64,000 nucleotides of DNA, taken from a virus. This document shows, piece by piece, positions 16,508-25,900 of the stretch. The stretch lies in IMG/VR virus record IMGVR_UViG_3300010167_000003. The stretch is one strand, 5' to 3'. Below the pieces are notes generated by a model. It searched no databases. It was not told the origin of the DNA and was given only the letters and a program-made list of their open reading frames with translations. A program made the position numbers and the translations under genes. Position 1 is the first letter of the stretch; every line of letters starts with the position of its first letter.

Positions 16508-16704
16508 GCTACCTAAACAGGGTGAACAAGATGCACACGGAGGGAGCGTTCAGAAGCTACGCCGCCTATGACGAGGTGTACGAAATGATATGGCACCTCG
16601 AACTCCAGTTGGGAGACCGTGTTGAGAAGATGACAGAGGAGGAGGGGACTGCCGAGCATGAAACCAGACATTGTGCTAGAGATTGTAAACGAAAACGTCC
16701 GTAA
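16504..16704 (+). CDS. hypothetical protein
   Basis: ATGA overlap with the upstream gene. Confidence 0.45.
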   Translation: MSYLNRVNKMHTEGAFRSYAAYDEVYEMIWHLELQLGDRVEKMTEEEGTAEHETRHCARDCKRKRP

Positions 16705-16960
16705 GAAGCTGCAACAGGACGCCACCAACTTACCCGACTCCACCGTGCTCAGCGACCTGTTCGACTCTATGGACTTGGTTGAGCTGCTGGTTGAGGTAGA
16801 GGCAGAGCTTCACCTGAGTTTCAATGAGCGCGACATCACTAAGTTTGAGACGCTGGGCGACCTGCGGCATGTGACACGCGCTAAGTTCGATACTGATAAA
16901 GGAAGGAGAACATCACAGAACGTATTGACACCACTTGGTCGCATCAACAGAGCGACATAA
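16658..16960 (+). CDS. acyl-carrier-protein-like protein
   Basis: LFDSMDLVELLVEVEAEL matches the ACP helix-II phosphopantetheine-site pattern (DS[LM]D..EL....E.E). Confidence 0.5.
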   Translation: MKPDIVLEIVNENVRKKLQQDATNLPDSTVLSDLFDSMDLVELLVEVEAELHLSFNERDITKFETLGDLRHVTRAKFDTDKGRRTSQNVLTPLGRINRAT

Positions 16961-16981
16961 AACGAAGGAGGATGCTATTAC

Positions 16982-17704
16982 ATGGGCAAAACAACAAAAG
17001 AACAGAAGGTTAAGTTCACAGACTATCAAACGGAACTTCTCTATCCGATACCCGAAACCACTGCCATCAGGCAAATCGAAACCTGCGCACGTATCTGTTA
17101 CCGTTCCAAGACCGACGACATCCTTACAGCGATGGGCTTCTTGAAGAAGCTCTGGAAACTTGGACACCACAGCGTGTTCGAGCATGTAAACATCACTGTG
17201 TTCTTCAAGATGGACAGAGGATTATCGCATGAGATGGTCAGGCATAGGCTCTGCGCCTTCAGTCAGGAGAGCACGCGCTACTGCAATTACAACGACGAGA
17301 TAGAGTTCGTGTTTCCTTCAGGAATAGTGGACAGCTTCGATGACATGAATGCTTACAAGACCGCTGCTATCAAGTGTGCTGAACAATACCACCACGCGCT
17401 GGCACGTGGTAACGCTCCCCAGAACGCCAGAGCATTACTGCCCAACATGCTCGTCACAAGGATGTACATGACCGCCAACGTCCGACAGTGGATGCACATT
17501 TTTGATATGCGCCTACGTAACCCCGGTGCTCACCCTGACATGCGCAGGCTGATGAGCATAACTGCTGACGAGTTCCTCAAGCACTACCCTGACCTGTTCG
17601 GCAAAATCCTCGACCTTGAGATTATGAACGCCGACTACAAGACCGTTTTGCAGGGCCAGCAGAACGCCAAAGCTGAGAAAATGTTGACGGGTAAACCTCT
17701 ATGA
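16982..17704 (+). CDS. thyX: FAD-dependent thymidylate synthase ThyX
   Basis: HHSVFEH plus the ThyX signature RHRLCAFSQESTRY (RHR..S....S.RY). ATG after AAGGAGG. Confidence 0.9.
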   Translation: MGKTTKEQKVKFTDYQTELLYPIPETTAIRQIETCARICYRSKTDDILTAMGFLKKLWKLGHHSVFEHVNITVFFKMDRGLSHEMVRHRLCAFSQESTRYCNYNDEIEFVFPSGIVDSFDDMNAYKTAAIKCAEQYHHALARGNAPQNARALLPNMLVTRMYMTANVRQWMHIFDMRLRNPGAHPDMRRLMSITADEFLKHYPDLFGKILDLEIMNADYKTVLQGQQNAKAEKMLTGKPL

Positions 17705-18198
17705 AGAAAATACAAATTAGACCCTCACCAACCGCTGACAGCCGGACTGCACAAGGACCAGTCACCAAAGAACAACTGTTGGAGAGTTCAAAGCAACACA
17801 TCCAAGACGTGCAGCTGGCTATGGATATCTTTCGTGAGTTGTTGTTCCAAGCCAGTCTACGCCACGACCGTACAAAGATAACCATGATCGACCAGTTCCA
17901 TGACAACTTTGTCAGTTTTACACCTGGGGCTGGATTCAAGCAAGGAAACTGGTTCCATCGTCACGTGACCGAGGAGCGCCACCACTTAAACGACCATTGC
18001 CCAAAGGATGTGAACCTCATCGACGTGCTGGAACGGGTTGCTGACATTGTTATGGCTGGCCTGGGCAGGTCGGGTGAGATACATGAGGACAAGCTCGACC
18101 CGCAAATCCTGGTCGATGCCTACTGGAACACAGTAAAGTTATTAGCCGACCATGTAGAGGTGGTGCAACACGATGAAACGCCACCAGAACCTGTATAG
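17701..18198 (+). CDS. hypothetical protein, possible HD-like metal-dependent hydrolase fold
   Basis: HIQDV...LRHDRTK...ERHHLNDH gives a His/Asp pattern reminiscent of HD-type phage proteins. Low-certainty recognition. Confidence 0.55.
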   Translation: MKKIQIRPSPTADSRTAQGPVTKEQLLESSKQHIQDVQLAMDIFRELLFQASLRHDRTKITMIDQFHDNFVSFTPGAGFKQGNWFHRHVTEERHHLNDHCPKDVNLIDVLERVADIVMAGLGRSGEIHEDKLDPQILVDAYWNTVKLLADHVEVVQHDETPPEPV

Positions 18199-18790
18199 CA
18201 ACAAGAAGGCAAGGACAAATCTAAGGCGGAAGCTGGATGACAACAGCGGTAGGCTGGATGTCTCCGCTGTTGTAACTTACGTGCACACTAAGAACACCAC
18301 CGCCCCGGATAAGTGGAAAGTCATACGGGTGGCCGATCTACAAATTCGGCAGGCTGTGATGGAGGGTATGTATGAGTTCCCATGCCCGATGTGCGGGACC
18401 AAGATGAAGGTTATAACCAACGTGGCACACTACGGGCCTTATGCAGCAGGGGTAAAGCCAGGGTATCGCTGGGTTTGTCCCAGTCCAGGCGACTGTGACA
18501 CCAACATCGGCTGCCACGGAAAGACTTACGTACCCCTGGGTATGCCAGCCGACTATGACCTACGCAAGCTCAGGCAGGAGTGTCACAAGATGTTCGACAT
18601 TTTGTGGAAGACCGCCGGGTTCCATAGGCCGTCGGCGTACAAATGGTTGGCGAAGCGGCTGAGAATACCTGTAAGCGAGTGCCACATCGCGCTCTTCTGC
18701 GGGGATATGTGCCGGGAAGCTATTGGCATCCTCACTGGATACATCAGGAAATTGAACAGGATATCAGATGAAGAAGTAGAAGGGGTGTAG
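18173..18790 (+). CDS. zinc-finger protein (resembles the DUF3268-type phage family)
   Basis: CPMCG...WVCPSPGDCDTNIGCHG...LRQECHKMFDILW...AYKWLAKRL...ECHIALF. The family assignment is from memory. Confidence 0.6.
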   Translation: MKRHQNLYSNKKARTNLRRKLDDNSGRLDVSAVVTYVHTKNTTAPDKWKVIRVADLQIRQAVMEGMYEFPCPMCGTKMKVITNVAHYGPYAAGVKPGYRWVCPSPGDCDTNIGCHGKTYVPLGMPADYDLRKLRQECHKMFDILWKTAGFHRPSAYKWLAKRLRIPVSECHIALFCGDMCREAIGILTGYIRKLNRISDEEVEGV

Positions 18791-18794
18791 ACCT

Positions 18795-19034
18795 ATGAAA
18801 GTGTTTATGTGTGACTTATGCAGGAAGGAGATTCCTGTCAAGCCGGTGGGTGAGTTCGAGTATGAAACGGTTACTAAGTTCAGTAAGGATATAAAGAAGC
18901 TGCGTATCAAGATACAAATGCACGATGGTTGCCACGGTTACGATGCAATAGAATTGTGCGACTCCTGTATAAAGATAGTAAAAGACAATCTCATCACTGC
19001 CATAGGTAAGATACGAGGGGTGGTTGACGAATGA
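18795..19034 (+). CDS. small CxxC...CxxC protein (family member)
   Basis: FMCDLCRKEI...ELCDSCIKIVK. Confidence 0.6.
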   Translation: MKVFMCDLCRKEIPVKPVGEFEYETVTKFSKDIKKLRIKIQMHDGCHGYDAIELCDSCIKIVKDNLITAIGKIRGVVDE

Positions 19035-20392
19035 AGTTTGAAGAACTCGTAATGCAGCTAACCGGCACCACGTCGGTCATCATGAAGAACGATCTGATTT
19101 ACAAAGCTGTGCATGTTGTCGAAGACGAACGTGACTCCGAGAACATACTACCGATGTTCAACATGGCATTGAACCCCCACATCCTTTTTTATAGGGCGGC
19201 GGCAGCCATACCGTGGGAACTTGCCGACGGTGACAGCGACCTCAATGGCCTCTGGGAAAGATACATCGAACCGGCGCTGTGGAAAGTAGCTCTGCGTGAA
19301 GTCACCAAGGACGCTGAGATTAAAAGGATGTTTGAGCCTCACATCAAGCAACTGAACCGGCACGCCGCCGACACCCTGCGCAAGATAGTCAACAAAGACC
19401 TGCGCTGTGGGGTGGCCGCCAAGACGGTAAACAACGCCATTGACGAGGAGTTTATACCGGAGGACGCGGTGCAGCTGTCCAATATATGCACGGAGAAGAC
19501 CATCAAGTTCGACAACACATGGTACTCTACACCGAAACTCGACGGCTTCCGCGCCTACTACGACGGGCCTTCAAAGTTCCTCCGCAGCAGGCAAGGCAAA
19601 GCGTTCTATGGGCTGGAGAAGATTGAGGAATACTGCGCGGCCATAGCTGAGGAGCTTGACCTGTACTTCCTTGACGGTGAACTACTCGTCGGCGACGGTG
19701 ACTTCTCGGAGACACAGAGCATCGTGCCGCTGACACCCAAGAGTGACAAGTACACGCCGGAGGCCATAGCTCAGATGAAGTCCCGTGTCATCTTTTGTAT
19801 CTTCGCCTGCGGTAAGAACAACCAGCACGAGTCCTGGAACACCGGCGACATGATCGAGCACCTGTCAGCCATAGCGAACTACATCTGTGATGACCCCATC
19901 CCTGGAATACAGGACCGCATCATGATTTTGATAAACGATTTCCATATAGCTCCAACAATGGACGACGTTTACCGCGTCACTAAGAGGTATGTGGAAGCAG
20001 GGTTCGAGGGCTCCATGTGGCGCTGCCTGAAGATACCCTACGAGTACAAGCGCAGCAACGCTCTCTTGAAGTTCAAGTTCATGGGTGAGGCCATCCTAAA
20101 AATCACCGGTATCTTCCCCGGCAAAGGGAAGTATGAGGGTATGGCTGGAGGTATCGTCTGCGAGGGCGAGCTTCCTGACAGGAACAACATCAGCATGTTG
20201 CCAATCCAAGTTGAGGTGGGCTCCGGCTTCGATGATGAAACCCGCAAGACCATCGACAAGTCATGGATAGGGCGTGAGGTCTGCATCTACTACCAAGACA
20301 TCACGCAGTCCAAGGAGGAAGCTAAGAAAAAGAAGGATGGTAAGTGGAGCCTGCGCTTCCCAGTGTTCCACGGCTTCGAAGACGAGAAATGA
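19031..20392 (+). CDS. ATP-dependent DNA ligase
   Basis: Nucleotidyltransferase motifs: I KLDGFR, III FLDGELLV, IV EGSMWR, V LLKFKF. Confidence 0.85.
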   Translation: MKFEELVMQLTGTTSVIMKNDLIYKAVHVVEDERDSENILPMFNMALNPHILFYRAAAAIPWELADGDSDLNGLWERYIEPALWKVALREVTKDAEIKRMFEPHIKQLNRHAADTLRKIVNKDLRCGVAAKTVNNAIDEEFIPEDAVQLSNICTEKTIKFDNTWYSTPKLDGFRAYYDGPSKFLRSRQGKAFYGLEKIEEYCAAIAEELDLYFLDGELLVGDGDFSETQSIVPLTPKSDKYTPEAIAQMKSRVIFCIFACGKNNQHESWNTGDMIEHLSAIANYICDDPIPGIQDRIMILINDFHIAPTMDDVYRVTKRYVEAGFEGSMWRCLKIPYEYKRSNALLKFKFMGEAILKITGIFPGKGKYEGMAGGIVCEGELPDRNNISMLPIQVEVGSGFDDETRKTIDKSWIGREVCIYYQDITQSKEEAKKKKDGKWSLRFPVFHGFEDEK

Positions 20393-20550
20393 TGACAGAA
20401 GAGATTGCCCGTGTTTGGATATTCATAGGCAACCTCGCAGCCGACTACCTCATCCTCTGGTTCGCACTGGGAGTGTGGTACTGGTGGTCGGGAGATAAGC
20501 AAAACGACTCGTTTGGAAAACGAGTTCAACTTTCCAGAAGGAAAAAGTGA
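20389..20550 (+). CDS. small membrane protein
   Basis: ATGATG overlaps the ligase stop. Hydrophobic core: WIFIGNLAADYLILWFALGVWYWW. Confidence 0.4.
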   Translation: MMTEEIARVWIFIGNLAADYLILWFALGVWYWWSGDKQNDSFGKRVQLSRRKK

Positions 20551-20559
20551 AACTCAATC

Positions 20560-20590
20560 GCGGGGGAGAAATTATCCCCCGCTTTTTTTT
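20560..20590. terminator. bidirectional intrinsic terminator between the convergent arms
   Basis: GCGGGGGA (20560-20567) pairs with TCCCCCGC (20575-20582), followed by T8. It sits where the + and - arms meet. Confidence 0.8.
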
Positions 20591-20889
20591 ATGTTTGAAA
20601 CTTCCTCCAGGGTGAGCCCCAACACATAGCTCAACTCCATTTCAGTCAGTTCCCTTTCAAAGATATCCTCGGCCATCTTTGTAAGCTCCGCGCTGTCATT
20701 GCTTACATCAGACTTTGAAGAGATGTGAGTGGATGCTATCAGTGACTTCAATTCAGGCAGCTGTATCTTTCCAAGCAAGTACGCATTCATGTGTTCCAGG
20801 TAATGGCAGGTCGATAGCAAACGCTTTGCAATCTCCCTCGCCAGCAAATCCTTACGAATTTCTTCAGTTATGTTCCCCAGTGCACCCAT
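20572..20889 (-). CDS. hypothetical protein, possible C-terminal helix-turn-helix
   Basis: ATG after AGAGGGGGA. The C-terminus ELSYVLGLTLEEVSNIKK looks HTH-like (weak). Confidence 0.55.
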   Translation of the reverse strand: MGALGNITEEIRKDLLAREIAKRLLSTCHYLEHMNAYLLGKIQLPELKSLIASTHISSKSDVSNDSAELTKMAEDIFERELTEMELSYVLGLTLEEVSNIKKSGG

Positions 20890-20901
20890 ACATATCCCCC
20901 T

Positions 20902-22914
20902 CTAATAACATACGAACACTAAGCCCTCAATCCTGCGCTCAGTGTTGTTCCTTACCAGCACCGCGAACTCATCGACGAGTATATCCAGGTTCACCATAGG
21001 ATACTTCCTAAGCGCGTCCGGTGAAACAATACAGTGGAATTGTGCCACACGTAAGAAGGGTTTGGCTGTAGACTCGTGCGATATCATGCCCCATGCTACT
21101 ACGATTTCGCCTTTCGTCTTGATCTCACCCATCTCAACAAGCCGTGTCAACAATTCCGAATGAGTGTTGCCCATCTCGTGAATCCTTCGTATATCAATAG
21201 TTACCCATGCCGCTATCCCCTCGCGCCATGCCAGCCATTTGTGGCCGCCATCGAAGCTGACCGCCCCATAAATATGCGTGAACGGTGGGATGTGTGCGCC
21301 TATGGATGCGTGTTCAAACCCCCGTATGACTGGGGAGAATAAGGTCTGTATGCTATGTCTGAATACCACTGGGATATTGGTGGGTACTACTTCCACGTCT
21401 GCGAGTGCGGCCATGCTGCCTCCATAGATACCTATGTCCGGCGCTGTACCATTCATGTTGGCACCTACCCAGTCGAAGTTACCGGCGTTGCGAGCTGCAC
21501 TGGGGAGCATAGGCCGATACCGGAGAGCTGATATGTTCTCCAGGTTGAGCAGGTCCAGCACTCCAGGTTGCACACCAAACCAGTTTGTGGCGGTCTGGAA
21601 CATCGGCTCCCAGTATCCAAGGATTATTGAGTTCTGCATATGCCGGAAGCCCGGTGGCTGCTCCCCAATATGGTGCAGCAGGGCTGAGAAATTATCACGG
21701 GGATTATCAAAAATACAGTTGGTGAACCGTAAATCCACAGTAGTGCGGAAGATTGCCGTTATCTCGGTTCTTTGGTTGTTCACCACAATGCAGTTCACCA
21801 AGCGTGGGTCGTCGCATGTGATGTGGGCGGTATCCACGTCGTATTGCATCTGTGCGTACAGGCATATGGTACGCATCTCAAACCTGCCGGAGCAGAAGAT
21901 ACCCTCAGCTCCGGGGAAGACGCGGATGATAGCCTCGTCCGCTGAGTGTCCTATTATCAACACGTCACGGGTGAACTCCAACCTATCTTGTACGACATAA
22001 ACGCCCGGTGAGATAAAGATTGTATCGAACACTGGGTCTGCGTTGTATCTGGCAGCGGCCATATCCAGTGTCATGAAAGGGTTACGCTTTGAGCCGTCGC
22101 CGGATGGTGTACCGAACTGTGCTGACACAAAAAGAATATTGGCCTGATCGCCAAACTCGATAGGCAGCCGTCTTATGCTGGACTTTAAGGAGACACCGTT
22201 GCCCACCTCATTGAACTCCAGGAGGTGGCCGTTGTGAATCGGCGCAGCCATCTCCAAGCTATCGAAGTTCTGCGAGACCCTGAACCCATCCTCAAGCTGA
22301 GATAGCCGTTGGTACACAGCCATGAGTGGAGGGCCGCTGTGGTATGGCCGACGGTCGAAGCTGACCGACTCACTGGGTGCCAAACAACGTACCTCGTAGA
22401 CCACCCTGTCGTGTGGATGTGACAAGTCGAAGTTGAACCAGGGTCGGAGGTCTATTATGTCCTCCGACCGGACTACATCCTGTCCTGGGTGCACCCTGAC
22501 GATTGCCAGGGGTAGGGTGTCGGGGTGGAACACGGGGAGGTCGCCATATTCTTCACCGACATATAGCTGTGTGTCCCCCGTCCGAGTGTCTACTTTCAGT
22601 GCTATCAATATATGGGAGAAGTGTGGGTGTGGGAAGGGCATAGGGCCACTATTTCGACCGTGGAAGACGTACAGTATCCCCCTCGAATAAAAAGCCCCGC
22701 TGGACACGTCTACGCTATTGCTCAAGGGAATAGTTGGCGTTACCATAAGCCGGTCAAGTGTATTCGATATTGGTTGCAGAGGGTCACGCGCATACACTGT
22801 GTTCTCTGAAGTGTATGCGATGGCCGGGTCTCTGTTCGTTATAAAGTGCAGCTGGTCGTCTATTTGCTGGCGAGCCAGCCGGTCGTGCATCGCTATAACT
22901 GCATGATAATCCAT
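20902..22914 (-). CDS. beta-helix tail spike/fibre-like protein
   Basis: DGSKRNPFMTLDMAAARYNADPVFDTIFISPGVYVV resembles the entry motif of right-handed beta-helix proteins. NCIVVNN and FTNCIFDN look like beta-helix rungs. The N-terminus is paralogous to 47288-50362. Confidence 0.65.
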   Translation of the reverse strand: MDYHAVIAMHDRLARQQIDDQLHFITNRDPAIAYTSENTVYARDPLQPISNTLDRLMVTPTIPLSNSVDVSSGAFYSRGILYVFHGRNSGPMPFPHPHFSHILIALKVDTRTGDTQLYVGEEYGDLPVFHPDTLPLAIVRVHPGQDVVRSEDIIDLRPWFNFDLSHPHDRVVYEVRCLAPSESVSFDRRPYHSGPPLMAVYQRLSQLEDGFRVSQNFDSLEMAAPIHNGHLLEFNEVGNGVSLKSSIRRLPIEFGDQANILFVSAQFGTPSGDGSKRNPFMTLDMAAARYNADPVFDTIFISPGVYVVQDRLEFTRDVLIIGHSADEAIIRVFPGAEGIFCSGRFEMRTICLYAQMQYDVDTAHITCDDPRLVNCIVVNNQRTEITAIFRTTVDLRFTNCIFDNPRDNFSALLHHIGEQPPGFRHMQNSIILGYWEPMFQTATNWFGVQPGVLDLLNLENISALRYRPMLPSAARNAGNFDWVGANMNGTAPDIGIYGGSMAALADVEVVPTNIPVVFRHSIQTLFSPVIRGFEHASIGAHIPPFTHIYGAVSFDGGHKWLAWREGIAAWVTIDIRRIHEMGNTHSELLTRLVEMGEIKTKGEIVVAWGMISHESTAKPFLRVAQFHCIVSPDALRKYPMVNLDILVDEFAVLVRNNTERRIEGLVFVCY

Positions 22915-22928
22915 AGTCTATCCCCCTG

Positions 22929-25900
22929 TTACCATGCTATACCCAAATGGCTGCCCAGGATGCGCACGCGCTGTTCCAGCATCCGTATCTTAGCGTTCAA
23001 TGCAGTGTAGTCAGCCGAGGTTGTGTTGGGTGTGCCTGAAGCCACACTCTGACCGTACTTGGAAACATCTATGCGAGTTGCGTCTGTGGAAATGTAAGGA
23101 TCGCCCGTCTCCGTAACCCAGTCCCAGAGCGACTTCTTGCCAAGGATTGCGCTGCGTCCGGCCCCACCGATGCCCCAGCTGATGATTACTGTGTCTCCGA
23201 CTCTCAGGTCATCGTCACTGGAGTTGTTGTAGGCTTCCACCACTGTATCAGATGTCAACAGCTTCACAAGATATCTGCCGTGCGCTCTGATTTGAACGAT
23301 GCGTCCCATACCGATGGCCGACTCAGCCTCAATCTGGTCAGCAGTCTTCTCTTGGATGAAATTCTTGCCGAAGTTAGTCAGCATCAAAGGTGCTGCCGCG
23401 TCAATGGTAACGGCCTCAATCATATTTATATACGCTGTGGCATCGTCAGTTACGTGGTAGCCATCACTTATCTTAGTTATGTAGAACTTGCCACTCGGAT
23501 TTATCCTGTACACCCTGTTGTTCACGGTGTCAGTCACGATTAAATCCCGAACTATATCCCTGATGGCGTGTACCGGCCTGAAGAACCTGTCAATGTAAAT
23601 CTTTCTCGCGCCTGGGTCGGGGAAGTTATGCAGCATCTCGGCGTCCTGCATAAAGTCAACACTCCACAGGTTTGGACCGAACTCAACCTCCATACCAAGC
23701 TCAGGATATTGTACGTGGCACAATGCCTCCACTGATATACCGTGCAAGGATGCCGGTGCGTTTGCTGAGGATACGTTGACCACCACAGCTTCTCTAAGCG
23801 ACTTCGAGTAGGTCATGGAACGGGGCATCGGTCTTGGGAACGCTGAGTAAGAAGCAATCAATGAACCGAACGCTGTCCTATCCCACTGTTGGCTGAAGTT
23901 CTGGTAAGCGTGGAGGCCGCTGTCTGTGAGCACCAGCACGATGCCGCAGTTCTGGTAGGAGTAGTCGCGTATGTACATGTCCCACACCTTCCAGGTGGCC
24001 GCACCGACACCCCACACAGGACCAAGCGGTACTGTAAAGATGGTGGTCTTCAAGAAGCAGTCGAAGCAGGACAGGCCAGCGGTGTGACCAACCCATAGGT
24101 ATCGTTTCTCCTCGTCCATAGCGCCGCACAACACTTGTCCAGGGAAGAAGTGATCTGACATACCAGACGCTATGCCGTAGTCGATGAAGTGGACCGACTG
24201 AGTTTCCCTCATGCCAACAATGGTTATCTCCTGCGTGAACAGGGCGTTGCCAACCGAACCGGCGTCCCACCTCAACACAAATGATGGTGATGCGTTGCCC
24301 AAGGTCTGCGCGAACCATATTGGATTCGCTGCCTTGTCTACTTCGATGAGTCGCGCCGGTGAGGGGTTGGTGCCAGACAGTTCACCGAGGCCGGAGCCTA
24401 TGAGAGTGTTATTGCCATACGTGGGGCAGGCGCAGGTTGGATTGATAATGCCCATCAGAGGCATGGAATTGAGCATGTTCGCCGGGTGAGTAACTATCCT
24501 CTCCTCCGGCGCACGGAAGGAGTTCTCCCAGGTGCGGAACATACCACCCGCCGCGCCGGTGGTCTCCTCTTTGATGTGAACGATGTCCCCCTCTTTAATG
24601 TGGGGCTTGCCGGTCGTCTCGAAGGTGTAAGAGGTGGCGGCGAAACTTGCGAGCATGTTGGCTATCTTACGAGCCACCTTGTAACAGTTGATGGCTGAGT
24701 TTTCCAGCCGCATCTCACGTTTACCGTAGGAGCCCATAGAAAGCTGGTCGGTTTCCTTGTAGAAGATTATGGTTGGGGCGAATTTACCGTAGGCTTTACC
24801 CCAAATCCTGATGTCCACCTGGGCTTCAGAGTACCTGAAGTTGTTGAGAATGTGTGTAACCGTCTGCATCTGGCCGATGTATAGTACGCGGAAGCCGAGG
24901 TAGTTCTGCTCCAACTTGTCCTCTAACCAGCGGAACTTCGAGTACCACGCAGGGTTCAATCCTCTGGACACCCAGAATCCCCAGCGGAGAATGCCGTCCC
25001 CATAATTTACTTTCGGCTTCTTGGGGTTTCTCGGCGGCGCGGACGACGGCCATGCTGGTTGCACTGACACTCGCCCGGACGCAAATACTCTGCTGTCATC
25101 AGGCTCACCGGTAACAGGTGTTGATGTTCGGGCGGTGTCTCCCACACCCTCCCGTATGCTATATATACAAACCGCTATGTATTTGTATAGGCGCGGCGCG
25201 AAGTCCTCTCTGCGCTCAAAGAAGTTCCACCACAAACCTGTATCTGTTACGGATACTTCTGTGTGGCTCCGGTCAACCAACATTTCATAGCCTACGGAAA
25301 GGAACCAGTCATCATCAGGCTCCACAGGTAGGCCAAATCCTCCCCTGTTGGTGAATCTTTTCTTGAGCAGGTACTCAGCCGAGTAGCCCATAACTTCATC
25401 CTCGCCGAAGCCCTCCACTGTGAACTGGTAAGACATGAATTTGGTATGGCGGCCACCCTCACGGTAGAAGTTGATGAGGTCGCGGTCGCCGAGTTCCGGT
25501 GTCTCCCAACCGAAGGACGTTACCCAGCAACCAGCGGGGAACGCTACGCCGGACGCGCCGGGGCGGGTCAGGTCCATGATGTACACCCAGCAATGTTGTC
25601 CGTCATCGTCATACCCGAACTTGGCATACTGCATGTTGCCCAACCGCTCATGCCACAGCCCAAGCGTGTGGTCCAAGCCTTTCATAATCTGCCAAGTAGC
25701 CGCTTGTGCTGCGTTGTGCTCAAGGTGGATTTCCTCACGGCGGATGCCGGTCACGCGGCCCTTCATGGTTTCCATAACTTTGGAGATGTTGCGGCCAATG
25801 CCGGAGCCGAAGTTCATAAGCAGCAAGAGAATACCCAACAAGATCATTGCTAACGCTATTATTGCTTGTTGGGCGGTTGTATTAGGGACTATATTTAGGA

